Position numbers and translations under genes: made by a program
Shown: piece by piece, positions 7,506 through 13,969 of the stretch
Layout of the letters: each line of letters opens with the position of its first letter
How positions within the stretch are numbered: position 1 is the stretch's first letter
The notes under the pieces: generated by a model
What the model saw: the letters and a program-made list of their open reading frames with translations, nothing else
What the model was told of the DNA's origin: nothing
The model's database searches: none
NCBI GenBank assembly: GCA_021399395.1
Contig: JAAFKJ010000201.1
Span: 1-13,969, forward strand
Origin: Candidatus Heimdallarchaeota archaeon
Lineage (GTDB): Archaea; Asgardarchaeota; Heimdallarchaeia; Heimdallarchaeales; Heimdallarchaeaceae
Reading direction: 5' to 3'
Length of the DNA: 13,969 nucleotides

Positions 7506-7596
7506 TTAGATATCACAAATCGAATTTTATGATATCAATTTGTATTATAGTGTAAAAAAAGTTATCTTTTTAGATAGGTAAATCATACTTACACTA

Positions 7597-8514
7597 ATGA
7601 GCAATAATAATTCTGAGAGATTTCTTCGTATAAAATCAAAGAGAGATAAGTATGAATATTTCTCCAAAGGTATTCTTGCTGAATCACTTTTTTCAATTGG
7701 AATGAATACAAACCAAGCTCAAACAATTGCAAATCAAGTAGAAGAAGAAGTTAGTACATTAAATGAAACACAAACAAAGAAAAAACTTGTTCGAATAATA
7801 ACATCAGCTATCGAGAAAGTTGATAAAAAACTTGCAGAAAGATATATTGTTTTCAAGGGTAAAAGAAAATATAAACCCAGCATTATACTTCTTGCAGGTG
7901 TCCCAGGTATAGGTAAAAGTTCCTTAGCAGTTAATCTTTCAGAACGACTAGAAATAACAAATATTATTGGAACAGATATGATTAGAGCGATACTCAGACA
8001 AACAATTTCGTCTAAACTTATTCCGGAGATTCATAGCAGTAGTTATGAAGCATACAAACATTTGAAACCAACTTTGAATCCCATTTTACGTCCGTCAATT
8101 GTTGGATATGAAGAACAGAGTAGACATATTATAGTTGGCGTTGAAGCTGCTATTCAATCAGCTCTTTACTCACGAGAGAATACTATAATTGAAGGTGTTC
8201 ATTTAGCACCTAACTTACTAAATCAGGAAATTCTGAATGATGTTCATGTTATTATGATACTGCTCTATTTAGAAGATGAAGAAGAACATATAAGAAGAAT
8301 AACTTCAAGAGGTTCAAAAATAGAACAAAGAGGTTCGGATAGATACATTGAAGCATTTCCAGAAATCAGAGATATTCAAACCTATTTAGTAGAGGAAGCT
8401 ACTAAAGCAAAAATACCAATTATTGAAACTTCAGAAAGCTCAAAAGCAATTGCCAAAATGATGGACACTATTTGGGACAGAATTTTAAAGATAGATGAAA
8501 AAGAAAAGGATTAG
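7597..8514 (+). CDS. 2-phosphoglycerate kinase family protein (paralogue B, conserved motifs intact)
   Basis: ATP-cone FSKGILAESL, Walker A GVPGIGKS, IGTDMIRAILR, PEIHSSSYEAY, IEGVHLAP, HIRR...R...DRY...FPEIRDIQTYL. Confidence 0.88.
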   Translation: MSNNNSERFLRIKSKRDKYEYFSKGILAESLFSIGMNTNQAQTIANQVEEEVSTLNETQTKKKLVRIITSAIEKVDKKLAERYIVFKGKRKYKPSIILLAGVPGIGKSSLAVNLSERLEITNIIGTDMIRAILRQTISSKLIPEIHSSSYEAYKHLKPTLNPILRPSIVGYEEQSRHIIVGVEAAIQSALYSRENTIIEGVHLAPNLLNQEILNDVHVIMILLYLEDEEEHIRRITSRGSKIEQRGSDRYIEAFPEIRDIQTYLVEEATKAKIPIIETSESSKAIAKMMDTIWDRILKIDEKEKD

Positions 8515-8518
8515 AGAG

Positions 8519-10213
8519 CTAATAAGTCTCTTTAACCTTACATTCTAGAGAGGGTATTAAAGGTAACTCAATCTCGAAACCAACAACTGGAATCCAGATT
8601 TGATTCTTTTCTAACACATTTGGAGCGATCTCACCTATTATTCCACACTCCTTTTGGTTGATGATTATTTTTCCACATCTTCCTTCTGTAAAGGAGGGAT
8701 GTTCCAGCTTTTCAATCTTATATGAAGTTCTCAGGAGTTTCAGTAGAAATTCTAACCATTTATGTGCATCCTCAAAACTTGCATCAGCATCAGCATGGAA
8801 GAATGCTGCATTTGTTTGAGTTATTACTGATTTCTTGGTTATTTTTACTACTTCTCCGACTTCGAAAATTGATTGTGGATACGTTTCATGTGTATTTTTT
8901 GAGAATACATTGATTAGTAGGGGAAAGATTTGATCCCTTAGAACACTATAGGTCTTACTAACTGGATTTTCAATTTTTACAAGTTTTCTATCTTCGAGAT
9001 TAACATTTTCCATTAGTATATCTGGATCTGTTAGAGTGAAGGTAAGAAGCTCAATTCCTCCTGTACCTAATAGAATGTCTCGCACTATATTCTCACTTTC
9101 AGTTTCAGGTAATATACTCCCAGCTGTAAGAACTTTCCATTTGGTCGCACCCATTTTATTAAGATCCATTGCAATTGCAATTTCTTCTGCAATGTCTACC
9201 CAATGAAGAATATCCTTTCTATAAGGAGGAATCGCAACTGTTAATATTGATTTACTCTGAGAAACTCCATTGAAACGTCTTTTCTCCACCAATTCAGTTG
9301 CATCCTTCATCGAAATATTTGTTCCAAGATATTTATTGAGAACATCTATATCAATAGCAATTTCTTCAATTTCTAAATTGGGGTTGATATCATTCTTATC
9401 TCGTATTTCCTTGGGATATTCTATTTCAACACTGTAGATTTTCGAACCGTGGTCTACCATTGTTTGACAGAGGATATTTAGAATTACATTCACAGTTTCA
9501 TAATTTGTTCCTGTAACTTCAATGAGACACTCTGTAGTTTCCTCTGTAATTCTCCCCACATCATTACTGTTGATAACAGGAGGTAAAGAGAGAGTTATTC
9601 CATCAGCTGACAGTAGAATAGGATAATGATCATATCCTTTTACAATATCACCAAATTCCTGTCCTTTTTCATGTTCTTCAAGTATTTGAGGTAATTTCAT
9701 TTTTTCTTCATGACCCAACGGAATGAACTCATGAGAAGCGTCAATCACTTTATACTCAATTGGACTCTTTATCATGGAGAGATTATACATTCCAATAGAA
9801 GATCTCTTTCTCTTTCTACCATAAGATTGATCAATTTTCTCTGCCAGTTGCATTAATTGCTTAATGTGATAATCTGTTAAACTGATGTTCTTAGCTATAG
9901 CACATGCGATATAGGGACGTGAAGAAGCCAATTTGGGATCAACTACAACTTTGAAATCACTTGGTTCAATTTCATAAATAGGGATTTTATTCTCTTTCCC
10001 AAGAATGCCATTAATTTCCCTGACCATACCTTCCGCACACCAAAGGTCAGGACGATTACTTGTTTTAATATCTATAACTAGCATATCTTCTTCTTCAACA
10101 TAATCATCAATTTCAGATTTGGCAAAAGCTAAAAGATTACCTAGTTCGTCTATGGAAACATCTTTTCCAAGCATTTCTTGCAGTTTTGTGTAACTAGTTT
10201 TTATACTTACCAT
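8519..10213 (-). CDS. pheT: Phenylalanine--tRNA ligase beta subunit (archaeal/eukaryotic type)
   Basis: NRPDLWCAEG, RPYIACA, YGRKRKRSSIG, SLPPVINS, IEVTGT, PPYRKDILHWVDIAEEIAIA, NPVS...LR, FEVGEV; directly downstream of pheS. Confidence 0.97.
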   Translation of the reverse strand: MVSIKTSYTKLQEMLGKDVSIDELGNLLAFAKSEIDDYVEEEDMLVIDIKTSNRPDLWCAEGMVREINGILGKENKIPIYEIEPSDFKVVVDPKLASSRPYIACAIAKNISLTDYHIKQLMQLAEKIDQSYGRKRKRSSIGMYNLSMIKSPIEYKVIDASHEFIPLGHEEKMKLPQILEEHEKGQEFGDIVKGYDHYPILLSADGITLSLPPVINSNDVGRITEETTECLIEVTGTNYETVNVILNILCQTMVDHGSKIYSVEIEYPKEIRDKNDINPNLEIEEIAIDIDVLNKYLGTNISMKDATELVEKRRFNGVSQSKSILTVAIPPYRKDILHWVDIAEEIAIAMDLNKMGATKWKVLTAGSILPETESENIVRDILLGTGGIELLTFTLTDPDILMENVNLEDRKLVKIENPVSKTYSVLRDQIFPLLINVFSKNTHETYPQSIFEVGEVVKITKKSVITQTNAAFFHADADASFEDAHKWLEFLLKLLRTSYKIEKLEHPSFTEGRCGKIIINQKECGIIGEIAPNVLEKNQIWIPVVGFEIELPLIPSLECKVKETY

Positions 10214-10221
10214 TTTTTATA

Positions 10222-10227
10222 CACCTC
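10222..10227 (-). promoter_or_regulatory. Shine-Dalgarno GAGGTG for pheT, overlapping the pheS stop codon
   Basis: Minus strand T-GAGGTG-TATAAAAA-ATG. Confidence 0.75.
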
Positions 10228-11716
10228 AAGACATCTCCGCTGTTCTTAGCCACTCTAATTTATGGCTGAATAGTTCTCTAATATCAGTAATACCATGTTT
10301 AATCATGAATAGTCTATCAATTCCTAAACCCCAAGCGATAACAGGGGTTTCTATTCCAAATGGTCGTGTCACTTCTGGACGGAAAATCCCCGCGCCACCA
10401 AATTCCACAGATCCCATTATAGGATCATTAACGCTCAGTTCTACTGAGGGTTCTGTAAAAGGATAATAATCAGGTTTGAAAACGAAATTCTCTGTTTCAG
10501 CAACATCAACTGCAAATGTTGTTAGTATCCCTAGTAAATCTCTGAAAGTTATGGAGGGATCAGTTACTATTCCTTCAACTTGGTTAAACTCTGCCAAATG
10601 AGTCGCATCAACAGCATCAGGACGATAGCATCGTGATATACTGAAATATTTAGAAGGAACTGGTAAATCAACTAAAGTTCTTGCACTAACAGATGTTCCA
10701 TGTGCTCGTAATACTAATCGAGCGCTTTTTTCTGGAGACCATTTGTATCTCCATCCTTTACTTCCAGTATCATATCCGTCTTCATGTACCTTCTGGACTA
10801 ATGAAACATAATCCTTTTTGGGTAACTTTCCTTGTTTTGGATTAGCCACCCTGTAAACATCCGACCACTCTCTAGCAGAATGATCTTGTGCTTGAAACAA
10901 TGCATCGAAATTCCAGAATTCGAGTTCAACTAATGGACCCCGCATCTCATGAAAACCTAGTCCTATTAGTTTTCTTTTCACCCAATCGAGAAAATGAGCA
11001 TATGGTTGTTTTCTTCCACCATAAAAAACGGGAGGTGAAACCCCTAGATTATACTCTTTTAATTTAACATCCTTCCAAGAACCATTTCTGATCATTTCGG
11101 GAGTTAGACGACTAATTTCTGATGTTTGTTTTATACGAGATTTAACCTCTTCATAGAAAGTTAGTATCTCAAGAATTGTATCTTTAACTTCTATTAATTC
11201 AATCAAGTTTCTTTCAAGTAAAATTGCTTCAAATTCTTTTGTATCAACTTCTTTGTTAGCCAAAAAATCTTCTAGAATACCTTGCAAATCAGCGTTTATA
11301 TCAGTGTCTTGTTCAGCCAGCGATATTGTTCCTTTCTCAATTTTGATCAAGTCTTTCTTCTTGAGAAGTCCTATCCCTGCATTCATTTCTTTCTTATCAC
11401 AACCCATTAATTCAGATAGATTTGCGAAAAGAACATCCTTGTTCTTCCTTAAGACTTCAACAATTCGTCTCTCTATAAGTTGTTTTTCAGCAGCTTCTCT
11501 ACCTTCTTTGGTTAGAGACATAAGATGACTAACGATTGGTAATCGAGAAACTAGATCATTAGATATTAGAAAATCTAGGAAATACTCTAGTTTACCTCTG
11601 TCTAACTTTGTTGCTTCTTCAATTTCTTTAATTGAAATTTTCTTCTTTTTATTAAGAATCTTATATATCTCAACAGCTTCTATTGGCAAAGATATATGCT
11701 TCTCTGGTTCACTCAT
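10226..11716 (-). CDS. pheS: Phenylalanine--tRNA ligase alpha subunit (long archaeal/eukaryotic type)
   Basis: FWNFDALFQAQDHSARE, LRAHGTSVSAR, motif 2 YRPDAVDATHLAEFNQVEG, YYPFTEPS, EFGGAGIFRPEV, motif 3 AWGLGIDRL; N-terminal winged-helix-like extension. Confidence 0.98.
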   Translation of the reverse strand: MSEPEKHISLPIEAVEIYKILNKKKKISIKEIEEATKLDRGKLEYFLDFLISNDLVSRLPIVSHLMSLTKEGREAAEKQLIERRIVEVLRKNKDVLFANLSELMGCDKKEMNAGIGLLKKKDLIKIEKGTISLAEQDTDINADLQGILEDFLANKEVDTKEFEAILLERNLIELIEVKDTILEILTFYEEVKSRIKQTSEISRLTPEMIRNGSWKDVKLKEYNLGVSPPVFYGGRKQPYAHFLDWVKRKLIGLGFHEMRGPLVELEFWNFDALFQAQDHSAREWSDVYRVANPKQGKLPKKDYVSLVQKVHEDGYDTGSKGWRYKWSPEKSARLVLRAHGTSVSARTLVDLPVPSKYFSISRCYRPDAVDATHLAEFNQVEGIVTDPSITFRDLLGILTTFAVDVAETENFVFKPDYYPFTEPSVELSVNDPIMGSVEFGGAGIFRPEVTRPFGIETPVIAWGLGIDRLFMIKHGITDIRELFSHKLEWLRTAEMS

Positions 11717-11723
11717 TGTTCAA

Positions 11724-11730
11724 CACTCCT
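11724..11730 (-). promoter_or_regulatory. Shine-Dalgarno AGGAGTG for pheS
   Basis: Minus strand AGGAGTG-TTGAACA-ATG. Confidence 0.7.
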
Positions 11731-11842
11731 AGCGTAATAGTTTAAAAAAATAGTTACTACTAACTTATTATTTTTCAGGTAATCAGATAGTATTATCGAA
11801 ATTCCAAGGTACGTTACGCCCCTTAAAGTTAAGTTATAGTGT

Positions 11843-11897
11843 AAATAGAAAATAATGAAAGAATTATTTAAGATTTTCGAGGTTAAACCTAAAATCT
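11843..11897 (-). terminator. Putative terminator after the GcvH-like gene (hairpin followed by U-rich tract)
   Basis: Imperfect inverted repeat AGATTTT-cg-AGGT-taa-ACCT-AAAATCT (11871-11897), followed on the minus strand by TTCTTTCATTATTTTCTATTT. Confidence 0.4.
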
Positions 11898-12390
11898 AGT
11901 ACTCTGAGATGTTATCACTATATTCATAACCTGATTCTTCATCTAATCCTTCTGACTCTTCTGAATCATCATCATCAAAATCTTCATCCTCAATTTCCTC
12001 ATGGAAAACATCCAGAATTTCATTTGAATCCATTAGTTGATCTAAATCATCATCAGATCCAATTTCCATTTCAACAACCCATCCTTCTTTATATGGACTT
12101 TCATTTAATAACTCTGGAGATTGTCTTAGGATATCGTTTATCTCAGTGATTTTACCGCTAATTGGTGCTTTTATTACAAGACCATCTTCGATAGAATCGA
12201 TTGAAATTATTTCCTCATCCTTATCAACAAAGATTCCTGTTTCAGGTAGCGTAATTGAGATAATATCATCTAAAACATATTGGCCAAAATCTGTAATCCC
12301 AATACGATAGACTCCTCTATCTATATCTTCCACCCAAACAGAAGTAGAGTAGTATAAACAATTTTCTGGAAATTTAAATTGACGTTTCAT
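11896..12390 (-). CDS. Glycine cleavage H-protein-like protein lacking the lipoyl lysine, with acidic C-terminal tail
   Basis: FPENCLY...WV, RIGITDFGQYVLDDI...LP, APISGKITEIN, PELLNESPYKEGWVVEM are GcvH motifs. ESVK is replaced by DSIE. Confidence 0.88.
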   Translation of the reverse strand: MKRQFKFPENCLYYSTSVWVEDIDRGVYRIGITDFGQYVLDDIISITLPETGIFVDKDEEIISIDSIEDGLVIKAPISGKITEINDILRQSPELLNESPYKEGWVVEMEIGSDDDLDQLMDSNEILDVFHEEIEDEDFDDDDSEESEGLDEESGYEYSDNISEY

Positions 12391-12467
12391 TTCAGTCTAC
12401 TCAACCGTTCTTAATGTGTTTTTGAAGTTTTCCTTATTTATCTTTTTATAGTAAACTGTAAAACCTA

Positions 12468-12494
12468 TAAAAAAATAATAAAAATAAAAAGAAA
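12468..12494 (-). terminator. Oligo-T-rich putative archaeal terminator after the longin membrane protein gene
   Basis: Minus strand TTTCTTTTTATTTTTATTATTTTTTT begins 13 nt after the TAG. Confidence 0.55.
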
Positions 12495-12507
12495 GGGGTG
12501 AAGAATT

Positions 12508-13969
12508 CTATCTTAGTCTCATTCTCATGAGGAATTGTTCATCTGTTAAATTAAACAGGGTTGATAGTGTTTCTTCAATAGGTGTTTTGTTGAAGTATTC
12601 AAGCGCTACACTAATTGTTACTTCTTTGTAATCTTTGATGAATTTGTAAATTCTTTGACTTAATGGATTTAATTTCACTACTTCTTTCTCTTTCATAGGA
12701 TTAACTGAGAGTGGGTGTAGTGTCCATACAAATAATTCTTCACTCAATGTGTCCATTATTTGATGTGAATTCTTTGTGAACTCATCAGTAACTCCATTCC
12801 AGTCATGGAGAATTGGTTGGAACCTTTTCTCAAACCATTCAACAAATTTTGCTAAACCAGTTTCTACATCTACAGAAACATCAGTTGTACTGAATAGATA
12901 AGCACAGATACAGTCTTTGGATGCACTTGAAACAACAAACTGTCCATAATCTAATTTTTTTACAGAACCTGCTGCTCCACCGCTTATCTCACTGCCCATA
13001 CCTGCTACAGCTTGTAGAAAACCAGTTACCAAGGTAGAATCAACTGAAATCTCTCCTCCAAGATCCCATTCATAAACCGGTAATCCTGTTTCTGAATGTA
13101 CAATTATTACTTTTCTCATTGCAAGAACACTTGTAAGTATCTTAGAGATTTTATCTAGATATCTTCTCTTGGAAGCTTTCTTCTTTTGTTTCTTTGGTCT
13201 AATTACTGCAAAGTAGATTGTGAGAACTATGAATATAACAGCTAAAGCTGCTAATCCACCAACCATATAATATGTATATTCTTTAAACAGGAACGTCAAT
13301 AATGCAAGGAAAGCAGGTGATGCAGTTGTATCTTCACTTTCTTCTGTTGACTTAGAGAGTAAGACATCTTGGTTTGTTGCACTTGGAACATAGGAAGCAT
13401 AATAACTTAAACCTGTTACTTGCCAAGGAATTTCTATTGAGTCACTCTCACCCAAATATATTCCTAATCCGCCAGTAAGAGTTATACTAACATTGAATGT
13501 TTCCTCTGTTCCATCCTTGTAGTAGAATGTATAAAACACCATAACTGGGTCTCCATCAGGATCTGGAGCCATGTGAATTGGATAGTCACCTTGAAGTGAC
13601 AATAATTCTTGAGAAGCATTTTCTATGGTAACTATGAAATAGAAATCAGCCAGTTGTCTCAATTCACCACCAGTTTCCACCATCATATCATAATCTACTG
13701 GAGGATAGAAATTCAAACGAATGATAATAGTTTTAGTAACATACCCATATTCTTCAAAAGTTAATTCAATAATACATAAAGTGCCAACAGTTAAAGCTGT
13801 GTTTGGATCAAAACTTATCTGAATATAGAGGCCATATATACTAACATCTATAGAATCGAAGTAAGTATTTATGTTAAGAGAATTGTTAGCTGTTGCAAAA
13901 TCAGCTGTAACGTTACCTGTAAGAATACTAAGATTTCCAGATATTCCATCCATATATTGAAAAGATAAA
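12508..13969 (-). CDS. C-terminal part of a large single-pass membrane protein: beta-rich ectodomain, TM helix, cytoplasmic longin domain and winged helix (5' end outside window)
   Basis: Frame stays open past ATG 13953 to the window edge (LSFQY-M). Thr/Ser/Asn/Tyr-rich beta-type region, TM YYMVGGLAALAVIFIVLTIYFAVI then RPKKQKKK, longin-like VIIVHSETGLPVY...DSTLVTGFLQAV...FEKRF...WNG, and terminal helix-turn-helix-like segment. Confidence 0.85.
   Translation of the reverse strand, partial: LSFQYMDGISGNLSILTGNVTADFATANNSLNINTYFDSIDVSIYGLYIQISFDPNTALTVGTLCIIELTFEEYGYVTKTIIIRLNFYPPVDYDMMVETGGELRQLADFYFIVTIENASQELLSLQGDYPIHMAPDPDGDPVMVFYTFYYKDGTEETFNVSITLTGGLGIYLGESDSIEIPWQVTGLSYYASYVPSATNQDVLLSKSTEESEDTTASPAFLALLTFLFKEYTYYMVGGLAALAVIFIVLTIYFAVIRPKKQKKKASKRRYLDKISKILTSVLAMRKVIIVHSETGLPVYEWDLGGEISVDSTLVTGFLQAVAGMGSEISGGAAGSVKKLDYGQFVVSSASKDCICAYLFSTTDVSVDVETGLAKFVEWFEKRFQPILHDWNGVTDEFTKNSHQIMDTLSEELFVWTLHPLSVNPMKEKEVVKLNPLSQRIYKFIKDYKEVTISVALEYFNKTPIEETLSTLFNLTDEQFLMRMRLR

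Noticed and set aside
8722-8913. 63-aa His-rich plus-strand ORF
   Set aside because: Antisense to pheT; the His/Gln run derives from the ADADA codons.
11253-11528. 91-aa plus-strand ORF
   Set aside because: Antisense shadow of pheS.
11793-11807. TTG-GAA-TTT-CGA-TAA mini-ORF upstream of pheS as a PheM-like leader peptide
   Set aside because: Four codons, one Phe and a weak start; expected by chance.
12453-12483. Inverted repeat TTTTTATAG...CTATAAAAA as a mobile-element end
   Set aside because: Low-complexity AT-rich arms overlapping a terminator-like tract; no transposase or target-site duplication.

Overview
AT-rich, gene-dense archaeal genomic window. The gene content (archaeal-type Kae1, Bud32 and PheRS alpha/beta, longin-domain proteins, a B-box zinc-finger membrane protein) suggests an Asgard archaeon, probably Heimdallarchaeia-like; this is inference. 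Gene order: hypothetical longin/roadblock-like protein (+); PurM-like AIR-synthase-related protein (+) overlapping bud32 (+); converging on them, kae1 (-) followed by a B12-binding radical SAM enzyme of the MJ1487/TIGR04013 type (-); 4-TM zinc-ribbon protein (+); tail-anchored B-box protein (-); a 55-nt box C/D guide sRNA missed by the ORF track (-, 6523-6577); two head-to-head 2-phosphoglycerate-kinase-family paralogues; pheS-pheT (-); a GcvH-fold protein lacking the lipoyl lysine (-); and the 3' part of a large single-pass surface protein with a cytoplasmic longin + winged-helix module (-). The best leads are the KEOPS cluster with two orphan enzymes (possible t6A hypermodification pathway), the C/D sRNA, the lysine-less H protein, the longin receptor-like protein and the intact/degenerate 2PGK pair. 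No mobile element, CRISPR array, tRNA or rRNA was seen.
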